Source: Catajapyx aquilonaris (lineage: Eukaryota). From it: DNA of 64,000 nt. Shown here piece after piece: positions 13,181 to 25,821 of the stretch. The notes beneath the pieces were generated by a model. It was not told the origin of the DNA, did not search any database, and saw only the letters and a program-made list of their open reading frames with translations. The stretch covers positions 1 through 64,000 of the forward strand of contig JYFJ02001628.1 of the NCBI GenBank assembly GCA_000934665.2. The letters are read 5' to 3'. Numbering within the stretch: the stretch's first letter is position 1; every line of letters begins with the position of its first letter. The position numbers were made by a program, and so were the translations under genes.

Positions 13181-16100
13181 TACCATATTAATAATTGCAA
13201 TAACTGTCATTTGTGGTATTATAAGTCACATCTTCCCAGCAGGTCACGTGAAACGTGGGGGCGTCCTGGATGATCCCATGGATGTCTAAGGATGCACTCT
13301 CATCAATAGGAGAAAATGAAGGCAGGGGCGATCCATCCAATGCCTTGGGAAAAGGGAAGGGTCCATAGTCATCTTTGATTAACGACCTTCCTTTATTGCC
13401 CCCTTGCGCTTCTCCACGTTCTATCCATCCTTTTCATCCCACATCCCCTCCCAAAAAATTCGACCAGGAAATGGAAGTAAATAAAGATGAGTAATTTTTA
13501 TAGAACCATGATCGAACATTTCCTATAGGTTCACTTTCGGAAAAAAATAACGTTTAATCAAAGTTTGACAGGCTTTTACCTTTTTTTAAAAAAAAAAACT
13601 CATCACACAACTGCTAGGATTTTCAAAGTTTTTTTCCCCCCCTGCCACCAATTTTGAACGGTAGTGTCGTAAACTTTCCATTGGTCGAACCTACTGCTGT
13701 TCTTTCTAAATCCCATCTGAAGCCCTCAAAAAGAGAATGGCATTGGCTGAGTTAGCAACAGCAGCTAATACTATTTTCCTTACGAAAAATCTCAGCATGC
13801 TTTTCCTCTTCAAACCCCACAGACGTTCCTTATATATTTCTTCCTTTTGTTATATATCTCTGTTCCTCAAGTCTTCCCCTCCAACTACCACATCCATTCG
13901 TGCTTCTTGTTACAAAGAGAACGAAGGGGAGAGAAAACGACTTCTTTCTCTTCTCCCCAAAAAGCGTCCTAATCGCTAGCATTGTGTTTCTATCGCTTGG
14001 TAAGAATTTTTTTTCTCCGCCTTCGATTTCGGTTGACAAAAACGCGTCAGATCAATCGTTAGCTGTCAGACGAGTGCCTGATAAACATTTGTTACCCAAC
14101 TAATGGCGTTTGGGTGTCAAGAATCAGTCTTAAAAAGTTCGGTATTTTTCTGAGCGCATATCCTTGAAACTAAACACTAACCGGTGATTGATTGGCCAAT
14201 TCTACAATGCCTTCTAAATGTCCCTCAAACAAGTGCAAGTTCGCCTTCCGTATTGAACAAAAAAAAAAGTCTTGTCCTTTGAAGGTCCTTTCACACTACG
14301 TAATTGGTGGAAAGAGAAGGCAATCTTGCATGGTTGACGTCGCGTCGCACTCCAGTTGTGCTATACAATTTACATGATCCAATGACAGAAGAGCCGAATT
14401 ATTCCAGGTATCAAAATACAACAGGTATTCGCAGTACCTAATTTGATATCCCCCCCCCCCCCCCCATTTGTGTTGACACAACATTTGACTCAAAAAAACA
14501 AACAAATAATTCTGCACCCTTACTATTTTCGAACTTCACCTATTGTTCTATTGGGCCATTCAATTGCATATGACGTCATCCAGCAAAGATGGCCGTTGTA
14601 GGCAATGCAATTTTTGCAATATGAAAGGGTAACGTCATTTTCATTACGCGTTCTCTTTCACAGAACACTTTGGGATCCACAGGACCTAAAATAGCTCGTT
14701 CGTCACAATAAAACAGTAAGGAGTGACGTTACTATTTTATGACGTGAAATATGACTCATAGAGCCAGGTGACGTCACATCGGAATCTTTTCAGGTACCAA
14801 ATGTCCTACTTCTGGTAATCAAATTCAGTACGACGTTAATCGATCCAGTTTGATGCAATATGAAAAATTTCCCAAGTGCGAAAGAGCTGTAACCTGTCCA
14901 TCAAAATTGTACAGATGGTGCAAACAACCATCAATCTAAGTACCGGACTGCGCAATAGGTCATTCTCTCAAATTTGGTTCCTTAAAAAACAAGCCGTCAG
15001 AAAATCGATGTTCAGAGGAAAGGACAAAATCGTTACTGCTCCGCTCGGTAATGAATACTTCAGTACATGCTGGTGATGGACGAGGTGAACTTTGTTATGC
15101 ATGAGTTAGCCTGAAAACACTACAAGTTCAGAAGAACTTTCCTGACGTCGTGACCAGGAATATGCATGACACTTTTTTTTTTGTCCATCCTGCCAGTTAA
15201 TGTAAGCAAAGACCTCTTTATTTTCAACCCTCGACTTATGATCTTATATAAACATAGGAAAAAGTTTACTCAAGCCCCGGTGCAATACATGTCATAAATA
15301 TTTACGGATAGATGAACTCATATTCAAAAATGTTATGCGTCATTTAAAAAAAATTCTAAATAATTTGAGTTCATGCTATAGCCATACAAACGGATCCATT
15401 CCTGATATTCTTTTAAAAACCTGCAAATTATACGGTAATGATTAAGATGTTGCCATTATTGAACGAAAATTTGTATTTCTCCAGTTACACCCGTAAAAAT
15501 TCAACACTGACCTTCATAAAATTTAAACTACGCTAATTATACGAAGCCCACACAAGAATTTATATTTTAACACGTAAATATATTTATTATGCACACATAT
15601 ACATTTATTTTTACATATTTATTAAGCAAACGCTTGCGCCTCGGGCAATTGGGATCACCCCTATGTTTTAAATTAATAATTCATCGGACACACCCGGAAC
15701 TCCTTTCCTATATTTTAAATTGTGATAGCCCCCCCTGTCCCTGTCAAGAAATCGATACATCAGGCTGGCGATGCAGACTGGGGTATTAAAAAACGGCTCT
15801 TTTTTCATCCTCTGGGGTAGTCTTTTTGGCAAACCAGAAAATGGGGAATGTTTCTTCCCGCACGAAAATGGACCGTAACTACCCTATTTGCACAGCCCCA
15901 TGCAGAAACCGGCCGTATAATCCTGCTGAGCTCATTAACTTTTGTACGGACGCACTCGGCATGGCAATTATTGTCACATAAAAATTCCCTTATGGTCATA
16001 TTAGACCCCCTTAAAAGTTCAGTAAACTTTTTTTTCGGCAACAAAATATGTATCGCCATACCATTTTCTCTCGAGAGTACATGCGGACTTAACTTTTGCA

Positions 16101-16278
16101 TTATGACTTTGCCAGCTCGTGGAATTACAATGTATGCTTTGTTTACTTCATAGCGTAACATGCTAACGGCCACATTATTAGTTTTGCACGTTTCAAGCTA
16201 GTCCCCATTATATTTCCAACCACATGCGACGCACTATACTGTACGTAGTGTAGTGTATACTCTCCTGCTCAGTAAAGT

Positions 16279-16421
16279 ACATGCGGTAACGTCACAAGTT
16301 ACCGGTACTGCAAATTATAAATATGGAACATTTGTTTAGCTGGTTAAACAATGTTTAACCAGCTAAACGAATGTTCCATACTTAAACTTAATTTGCAGTA
16401 ACTTCCGACGTTACCACATGT
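16279..16421. repeat. Imperfect palindrome, probably a MITE remnant
   Basis: Core tatggaacatttgtttagctggttaaaca a tgtttaaccagctaaacgaatgttccata, with outer arms acatgcggtaacgtc / gacgttaccacatgt. Confidence 0.7.
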
Positions 16422-17298
16422 GTAACTGTATGGCCAATGTTGAAGAACAACTTCAAACCCGTGCAGTATACATTTAAATGTTATTGATAATTTGGGAAGC
16501 GCAAACTGCACGGTATAACCCATGTCGCAAACACAGTTACTAACCCTTTAATACTAACTAGGTTTACTCAATTTCGCGCAGAAAAAGGTCAACATAATAT
16601 TTTATACATTCACCCATCTTTTTGTTAAAAAATAATAAAGCACAAAAACATACCAAAATGGCATCACATGAAAAGTGATTCATAAAATCCATCCAAACGG
16701 TTAACAGGTGTAACTAATAATTGAATACTAATATGAATGGCCAATGTGCCAGAAAGTGGTCATATTTTTCGAATCTTTCAACGTACAAATTTTCCACAGG
16801 CACTCTTCACATGTTCTTGAGTTTTTTTTTTTTTAAATCTTCCTGTATCCAAGCCAGTATGGAAAGTCTCAATAACAATTATTAATATAATTTTCCAGGG
16901 TCGCTTTGACCAAATCTTCTTAAATTATTGACAATTTGAAGAAAAAAAATATTATGCAAAATATTGTTGACATTTTAATTCCAGTTTAGAGTGACTGTTC
17001 AAAAATAATTTATAGAGAACACAACATCGTTCGTAATTAAATTTCTGATGCAAACAGGCTATTATTTTCATCAATTTTTTACAAAATTCAGTCTGCCAAT
17101 ATTTTGCTACAATTTCATCCCAAAATATTATTCCACATCCTTCCACCACCCATTTTAATGGCTTCCAGCACTTAGACCGGATTAACCATGGATCGCTCCA
17201 CATAACCCAATAAACAAGTCCGTCACCCCCTTACAAACTGATCGATCCCCCCTACCCCCACAAAAAAAAAACTCTAAGAATTCCCCAGAAAAACTCAC

Positions 17299-17484
17299 CG
17301 TAACCTGACGTCACCCTTCTTTAAATTTTTTTAAAAAAAATCGCCTCCAGCCGGTCGTAAGACTTGTCGTCGTCTGGCGGAAATCAGCAGGGGTATGCAA
17401 CCGGGCCTTGCACTCCTGCCAGAGCCAGCCAGGCACTTTCCCGCCAAACTGAGCCCGAATCCGGGCATCCAGTCGATATAAAGG
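17299..17484 (-). promoter_or_regulatory. Candidate core promoter and non-coding first exon
   Basis: On the minus strand: TTTATAT about 30 nt upstream of initiator TCAGTT (A at 17450), a GC-rich exon, then donor CG|gtgagt at 17298. Confidence 0.45.
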
Positions 17485-19154
17485 AAAAGGGGAGCTTTTC
17501 TGTCCGGAGGGGGGGGGGGGGGTTGTTGCGCGCGACGTTGCCACGTGCCCACCTTCCCCATGCCTCCCCGCCTTCCCCCAATATGGAGACAGGGTTCCCC
17601 ACCCTTTGCTTTTGATGCATTACGTGATTTCACATTCAGCCAACTACGGAAGTGATTCATTGGATTCTCCTGGATCCTTCGACATTATTCACTGGAATTT
17701 TAAAATAAACATATTAGCTAAAAAAATCGCTAGAAACAACATAAATTGCTACTAATAAATTAAATTCATAAATGATAATACTCCTGACTGCTTGGCCGTC
17801 AAAAGTGGTGAGATCTGAAATACGGCCAAGTTCAACGTCGTTGTTAATTACTGGCATTCTCAACTTCTTCAACCTAAACCACTGACTTTGTTTTCCCAGG
17901 TCGACCTTAAGTTTAATCATCAAAAAATTTTAATGGAATTTCTCTTGCTGTAAAATTATGAAGATATTAATATTCATAGAACGTAGCCTTGAAGCCATAG
18001 GCCAGTACCCTCCGATTGCTGACTCCTAGAAATCGTTCGATAGTTCGCCAGACTTTACTGGTATCGCACGAGAAGTCACTGATTGCTGTACATGAGAGTA
18101 TTAAAAATAACTGACAGCTGCTCTTCAAGTGGTTGGCATCATACTGCGGATCTTCGAACATATCCACTGGAGATCAATCAAAACATCGACTTGCAATAGA
18201 TTTCATGCTATCGCAAAGAGTGATAAACCCTATATTTATCGCGAATACATTTTTATTAGTATTATTTATGCCTGGCGATTTTATGAATTTTATGGCTAAA
18301 GGCTATAAAAATTGATCCCACATACTGTTAGATGCACTGTAACTCGCATTTGCAGTTACGAACATTATGATATGGAAGTATGCATCAATAACTTCTAATT
18401 TCCTGTCGTCGCCCCCCAGGATAGTGGGAGTTTCATGTCAAAATTCACATCACAATGTGACAAGTAACAAACTGGTCTCCTATATTTTACAACTTCAACC
18501 AAATTGACGTGTCATTATTTTACCGGCAGTTTTACTCGTCCTGCTGAAGCTTGATTGCTCCAACTTGTTCGTTACGTAATGCACAATACTAAAATGTCAA
18601 ACACCCAAGCCGTTTTCATTTAGCCAGAAGGCCACCGAAAGTATCCAATAAAATTTTTATTATCCACAAAACTGAAAATTCGACCCCTTGTTGATTGGAT
18701 GAATCCGTAATCCCACGAGTGTGTTTATAAGACCGTCTCAACATCAAAACGCTAATTAAGTTAACTACACGCTAAAAAAAACATCCGGCGGTATATAGTA
18801 CAGTCTTGCTAGCTAATTATACGGTGCTGGTGCAGATAACCTACGGCGCTGCTTGCAAATGCCGTCAAAGGTTCAAAGTACGGAGCTCCAATCGGGATTA
18901 TCCTAAAGTTACTCAAAGTGACAAAAAAAAAAGGGATTACAGTGATGACGTACACTGTGAAAAGTATGTGTTGGCACTGCCGCATTGCTTTCTTTGGCAA
19001 ATTACTGCAATAAATTTTCGCACGGTTCTTGCCTGCACGATAAATATTTACACATTACTCAGCTTATCAATAGCCACAGTTCTCATGAATTATCACCTCC
19101 AAAAAGGTTACAAAAATACCATAATTTTATGTCATAACTAGTTCCTCCTCCCAC

Positions 19155-19207
19155 CCACCAGAGGCGCTGCCTCCCCCCATTGCGCAGGCGCAGAACGAGG
19201 GCCAATA
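19155..19207. promoter_or_regulatory. Cluster of promoter-type motifs: CTCF-like, NRF-1/Ewg-like and CCAAT box
   Basis: CCACCAGAGGCGCT at 19155, TGCGCAGGCGCA at 19181-19192, CCAAT at 19202. Motif matches only. Confidence 0.3.
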
Positions 19208-19223
19208 GGAAGCTTCGTGCAAA

Positions 19224-19460
19224 CAGTGATGGACATTAATCGCGTGATACTGCTAGCGACATTTTTCGATGCGGCAGACGTGCTAATCGAAGTGATCGAG
19301 TGCGAGGCGTGCGAATCAGAAGAGGTAGGCCTAGGGTGACGTCACCGGCTGGGGGGCAATGGAGAAATAGGCTTGTCCCCCAGCCTGTGACGTCACCGAT
19401 GGCCTATCTCCTATACCATTTCTTTCTCGCAGTATATGACACGATTAATGTCCAACACTG
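19224..19460. mobile_element. MITE family B copy with a longer centre and a partly deleted right arm
   Basis: cagtgatggacattaatcgcgtg...attaatgtccaacactg|TA. Confidence 0.85.
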
Positions 19461-19582
19461 TACAACGAAGGATTTTATAGTATTATAGATATCATAAAAC
19501 CCATGCTGCAGCTAGAACATTGCCTTTAACTATTGCTTTAACTAGTTCAGACAACGGATCCGTCGTCTCTACCTACACTTAC

Positions 19583-19707
19583 TTAAGATAACTATCAAAA
19601 CACCTCAGTCTCCTGGAAGGATTGGCCAAAGTGAAGACGGAAACCCTCGGGGCTTAGTTTTGCCATCAAACGTGTCACGTAACTTTTATACCCGTCGAAA
19701 GTGGATC
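19583..19707 (-). other. Candidate internal exon on the minus strand (UTR or short coding)
   Basis: Strong (CT)n pyrimidine tract plus cag| acceptor at 19708; donor AA|gtaagt at 19582. Confidence 0.35.
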
Positions 19708-22267
19708 CTGAGAGAGAGACAGGGACCGAGAGAGAGAGAGACGATGTCGCAATTAAGGATGTTAGCTGGAACCGCTCTCTACGACCCATAAAGCTCTTCT
19801 ATCTCCGGGCAGATCCTTTTCCACCGGAATGCTGCGGTACCCTCAAACGCCCTTGCATGTGATACTCCACGTGATTTTGTCCTGAGCCTCCGGGGTATAT
19901 ATTTCCACCAATCCACATCCAGGAAGGTCAACCTCTTCCTGGGAAACTCCCTTCCGTCCGTCTAATCATGCTCCTACTGTGTTGTGAGAGAAAACTCGGA
20001 TTAATTCCGAGAAAGGCTCAAAGGAGATCTGTGGATCTGTAGGTCCTCGCCAATATCTCTTCCGGATCTCTTACGTAAGAAAGGCACACAAACTCTGATC
20101 TGGACAAAACTGGATCCTCATTTGCTTGGGATATCAATGAACATCCATATTAAGGTCCTATCGAGGACTATATTTTCCGGAAATACACCAACAAACTTCT
20201 AGAGCACTATATATGGACATGAATGTACAGTATAATTATATAGAAATGTCAGTAATAATAAAATATTTCGCGTACATTTTCGATGAAGAGCTGGACTATT
20301 AACAGGCCATTAGTGTAATTTTGAGTGGGCATATCCGCTTATATTCAGAGAGGTGGTGGACAATTAATAAAGCTAAGCTTGCGTCATCATCTTCGTAAAT
20401 AACTTAAAGAGACGTGGGCAAACTGTCGTGTTGCTCTCAACTCCTCCCAAATTCGTATAAAAAATTACTGCAGCTACTTCCTAATTGCAACCCCTGGCAG
20501 GTCACAAACGTGTACTTTCAAGGCTCCAAAAAATTCGACGTTCGCAAATGTCTCTTTCAGAGTTTCAGGAAAAGTCGTTCCCACTGCCATCCAGACGAAA
20601 CCTCACAGTGTGACCATGGCTACATCCCAGTCAGCCACTGACGAACTGCTTAGCTGGTTGGAAGTGCTCATTCATCCGCGGCTGTTTGCAATTTCGCCAA
20701 CCCGGTGTGCCTTTATTGACTAGCTGCACTTGCTACCCCTAATCACTTGCTAATTTTCGCGATAAGCGAAACTTATTCTGGCTGCAGCAACCCCCCCCCT
20801 GAAACGCACGAGGAAATTAAGTGATCCATCACCGTGGACTGATGGCATTCTCCATATTAAATGGGCGTTGGGAATAGGGAAAAGCTGGGCAATTTCGCCC
20901 ACACGAGATGTGGCGATGGGAACAATCGCTAATAAGCTCGCTTCTGACCCCATTTGCCGTATCGATGGGATTATAGCTGGGAGTAGTGTGTTCACCCATG
21001 TTTGAACTATGGACGTGCCTAAGGGCAACCAAGGCTACTGGCTCGTGAAAGTTTACGCCAATCTGGTCAAGACTGGGATGAACACTAAATTGTGCTTAAA
21101 TATTTGCGGCACAATTACTATTTCCAAAATTTAAAATACGTCACAAAAGTAGGACAACCATGTGCTATCGCCTCAAGAAATGAGGGTCGCTTTCATTATT
21201 GGGCGCAATTTGGACGAGGGTATTGAGGAGCCAGGGCCTTCAATCCAACGGAATCCGGAAAGAATTCGCTGCAATAAGTCCCTCCTTCCACCTACAGCTC
21301 GGCATCCTGACGAATGGCATCAAGAATAGGGGGGGAGAAAAAAAAAACGATTCAATGGGGGGAAAAGTCGCCTATATCTTCCACCTACCAACCTACTTCC
21401 ATCTAGCCCTGTATATCCACTCCCAGGCTGAACCTCCAGAATATTTGAGCAAGGATTCGGCTCAGGATATTTCGCGGGGACTAAAAGTAATCTCCTGGGA
21501 GACTTCGGCACAGTCAAGAATGCTATAAACTTATGGCAGCCCATCAGACCGAGGCTGATCTGGATGATGCCAAACTACCCAGAAAAGAAAATGTTCTTAG
21601 GGCTTCTGGGTTGAGCACGACTCCATCCCCTAGATATACACTCCAAGTATATACGGAACAAGTTGCCAAAGATGTCCTTAGAAATGGAAGAAGCTGAAAT
21701 ATTACAAAATTATGAAACATAACCTATATAGGTAAAAGCCGTGGTTGCACCAAACTCTCGTTAAGCCCGATTAAAAACCCATTTTAGATCATTCCAGTAC
21801 CTGTCACTTGCGCCCAAACGAACGGAAGCAAAACGCTGCTTTCACTCCAAGGCCTAGAACTTCGGGGCTCTTGAACGTCACACTTCGTTAATAACTTTTC
21901 AAGTTGAATTGCAGTTCATAGCTGCAGACAGTCTGCTGCTATCCAAGCAAAGAGGTGGAAACTGGGCTAATTCGATCTAACCTCTGGAACTTGTACAGTA
22001 CAAAACTTCTCGGCACTTTTTTATATATATTTTGCGCTCTCGTCCAACAGCGCATGAAACTTACCTTGAAGTTTCTGAAGGCAAACAAAACATGTACACA
22101 AAAATTATTCTTGTGTCACCCTTGAGAAGAAAAATGTCAAGTTGAGAGGCCCGTGTCACGGCAGTTTGCATAAAAATCAATTCAAAGAAAAGTTTGTCGG
22201 TAGGCCTCAAAGAGTTCTGCTATATGTATAATAATATACCTATAGAGAGAGCACTCGGGGTGAAATT

Positions 22268-22391
22268 CCGATTGCACCAACGAAATAATTACCGATTCGA
22301 TAGCTCCTAACAGATCGTTAGCACGCATTAAAGGGGCTCCTAACGATCCATTAGGAGCTATCGGATCGGTAATTTCGGTTGGTACAATCGG
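22268..22391. mobile_element. Hairpin MITE (PIF/Harbinger-like ends)
   Basis: ccgattgcaccaac...gttggtacaatcgg, with internal arms gatagctcctaa / ttaggagctatc. Confidence 0.7.
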
Positions 22392-22684
22392 GCAATAATC
22401 TATCAGAAAGTACGGGCAATTGGTGGGAAATGCCGCAGATGAGCAAGGCCACTACAGACTTCTTCTAACACGCATAATTTTGCTGCGGCAAACCAAACCA
22501 AACAATGCTGCGGCATGTCATGTCGAATTAGATTCAAAATATTACAATTACAATTATTACAATAATTATGAATTATTATAAACATCGATATATTAAAAGT
22601 TATATTGTTTTTATATTTATCAGGTAGGCCTAGTTCGTTGGTTTGTGGATTCCCAAGGGAATATCCCTAAACCACCGCCTATAA

Positions 22685-22952
22685 GGGTGGATTCACATTT
22701 TCACAAACGAGCGCAACTTACGCGGCGTAAGTGACTTACTCCGTATAACTTTACGCCGCACTTACATCTGATTTAAGCGGAGTATCTCCAGAGGTGTAAA
22801 GTGATTCACAAATCTGCGCAGCAAAAGGTGTAAGTAGGGAACAGGTGTAAAAGTCTGTTGCGCTTCAACTCGCATCGCCACCCCTCCTGTGGCGCGTAAG
22901 TGAACTGAGCTTGCACTGCTTATATTATTTGAGCTCCTTTGTGAATCCACCC
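22685..22952. mobile_element. Non-autonomous element with short TIRs (PIF/Harbinger-like)
   Basis: TAA|gggtggattcaca...tgtgaatccaccc; internal cttacgc/gcgtaag sub-repeats. Confidence 0.65.
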
Positions 22953-25652
22953 CCTTGGGGGTTACTTTTAACGAGGAATTCAATGCCGCATGTTTCAGCT
23001 TCCGAAAAATGACCTAAACTCCCACAACACGCATCATTCCTCTACCAGTCTACCTACTTCCCTCAACAATATCTTCACTATCAATTTACCACTTTTCAAG
23101 TTCCCAAGGTGATTCCCACACGCAACAATACAAACCAGGGGTCACTAAATTTGCATCGATTTTCTACGTAAAAGACACCCGTTATGTCCCAAATAACTCC
23201 AGTTTTTTACTCATAAAATCGAACCGGCCATGTTGGTTTATGGGCTCACCTTTCCGCAAGCCTGATGATGAAATAGCAACAAAGAGCAGATTTGGGTTAA
23301 GCCCTTGCAGAGTAATAAGCAAAAGGAAATATGATTAAGCGCGAAAGAGCGGACACTTTTTATGTTTACCTTTTCAACCACCCTTTGCCCTGTGTGTTTT
23401 GCAAACAGCGAATTAGCACGTCGTATGCAAATGTGTCACACCCAGCTGCTTTTGTGGCCAGGTCGCCTAACTCTCTTGGTGTTTCGCTCCGTACAGAACA
23501 AAAGGAAGTTGTTGCACTGCAGTCGTCTTTTGGCCCGGTTTTCCAAGCTGTCCAATGCACCCCCAAAAACTTTGCGAGAGAGAGAGAGAAAAAAAAAACG
23601 GCAAGACCATTTTTGGCACATTTCCGACTGGGACGCCCCAATAAAACTGGCCCAAATTTCGTCCCGGCAGAAGTTTGAGCCGGGAACTATCGGACCAGAT
23701 ATTGCGCTTCTCACGTGCCTAAATTTGAATAATACCGGACGCCATTTTTGGTGACGTAATATCCCTAGCTTTTCCTGGAATGCATCGGAAATTGGGTGTC
23801 GTGTAAGGTTGATGACTAGCCGGATGTACGACAGGTCACGCCCCTGTCACCCTCGACAACCTGACACCAAGGTTCAACAGGGTTCGTGCTTATATGCCAC
23901 TGTTTTTTTTTCCCCCCTTGCCATTCCAAGAGCTATTTTTATCGACGCCCACATCAATTTTCATTACGACCGCTATAGTTAAACACGGACTATCGAAGCA
24001 AAACCTATATCTACGTGATAAATTGGGCCAATCTTATGATGGGGTAGAGGCCTCAGCATCAAACGGCAAATGCACTGAAGAAACAAGCTGCAATTTTTTT
24101 TTTTGCAAATTACCACTACAGATGCTGCAAATCAAACTTGTTTCTCGAGAGTTCTCAAATTTATTATTTACTATACAGCTTATTCAGAGCAATCTGCACT
24201 ACTGGAGAGGTCTTCTGCAGTTATTCTGCCGGTCTTCATACGTCAAAATAATGGCTACAGCCAGTGCCATTAACCTCCACGTTACAAGACAATTTTGGCT
24301 TNCCCCCCCCCCCCCCCTTCATGAAACTGAAAAAAAGGAACCGCATAAACCAAACGGAAGGAAAAAATTATGTGGCAGACGGCCATTGGACCCGGGAGAA
24401 ACAGCATGGCAGAAAGAGGCTTGCCTGCCTACCAAGGATGTTTACCGCTGAAATAAATCCGTGGGTCCTAGGCTGCTCGCAGACACTTTACACGCCTTTC
24501 CTTTGCCTTCTGAGGGCGTTTATCTTCATCGGGGTAGAAAAGGAGCCGCCCCCCATGAAACACGGCGACCTGGGATAGCAATTTATCCAACGATAGATGC
24601 TCCACAACACTCAAGAAGGCATGGGCCCAACACACAAATAAAGGACGAAAAATAGAAAGATGAAGACAAACGTTGACAGGATAAAGAAATATGTATTTGG
24701 TGATATCACGACCAGATTTTTTGACAACATTGAGAACCCATCAGGTTGTGACATTATTCCGGACACTCCCACGTGCTGGCCGTTGACAGTTTAACAAACC
24801 CACCATCGGAACAAACAATGTGACAATCGACGATAAAAACACCTCCAAGATGATACCGGATTGTTCGCGAACTTTCGCGTCACTATATATTCAAGAGGTT
24901 AAAATCCTGGCTAATTACAGGCACTTGTATCACGCAGTTCGGTGTTACTGCACTCGAGCATGCCTATTATTATAAGCCGAGTGAGCAGAGAGGCCTTAAT
25001 GAAAACACTTACCCCGATTAAACTTAGTTTCTTAAATTAAACATCAGGACGCTTTCGGAGATAAAGTCGGCATCTTGTTTGCTCAGAAGGCGACATTACC
25101 ATTCCCTTAAAGCGGCAGAGACGACTTGATAATATTTATGTAGCGGTTAATTGAAGTGATGTGCGGTGGTGCAAGTAGTCCGCTGTGCGTGATTAAAACG
25201 TGTTTCAAGGCCCTTCGCATCAGCTAACTTGTAAGTGCCTATAGGGAACCAGGAACACTTGACAAAGAAGGTTAATGCCTGGATCAAGAAGGTGGGACTT
25301 GTGACACATGAGTGCACAAAATTGCTGCAATTCAACATCATCTTAAATATTAGTCTGCACTGGCAATGTACGACAATATGAAGCTTGATTTGCATTAAGT
25401 ATTATTATGAGTTGCACAACTCAATTCTACCAAGTTCCTCTTTCATGTCAGTAGCGGTTCGACTAAATGAAACAATAATAAAACCAGCCTTGCACGGTCA
25501 GAGTATAATATCGATACGTCTTTTCATACATCAAAAACCACCGACTACATTCATCACGCTCCAACTTCGAATCCCAAGTTTCCTGATATCGACTTCCGAT
25601 CCCTCCCAAAAGCCTGACAAAAGTATTGAAAACTGCCGGGGAACAATCTTAC

Positions 25653-25821
25653 CTTGGCGCCCTTGGAGTAGTACAGCTTTCGGCTCCGCAACCGAAAGTA
25701 TCGGAAGTGCCAGCGCTGAAAAGACCTCTGGTACTTCAGAAGGCGTCCTTCCTTCAAATTGGCCTGCAAAGAGAACGAGCCCGAATAAAAATCCCCGGCG
25801 AAACAATTGCGAAGAGTGCAT
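25653..25821 (-). CDS. Candidate first coding exon of an unidentified secreted or membrane protein (signal-peptide-like)
   Basis: cactATG; MHSSQLFRRGFLFGLVLFAGQFEG...LLQGRQ followed by a consensus donor CAAG|gtaaga in phase 1. No domain recognised. Confidence 0.45.

Noticed and set aside
21320..21580. Minus-strand coding exon (MGCHKFIAF...)
   Set aside because: An acceptor-like tract is present, but its open phase does not match the 25653 donor, the donors are weak, and no domain is recognisable.
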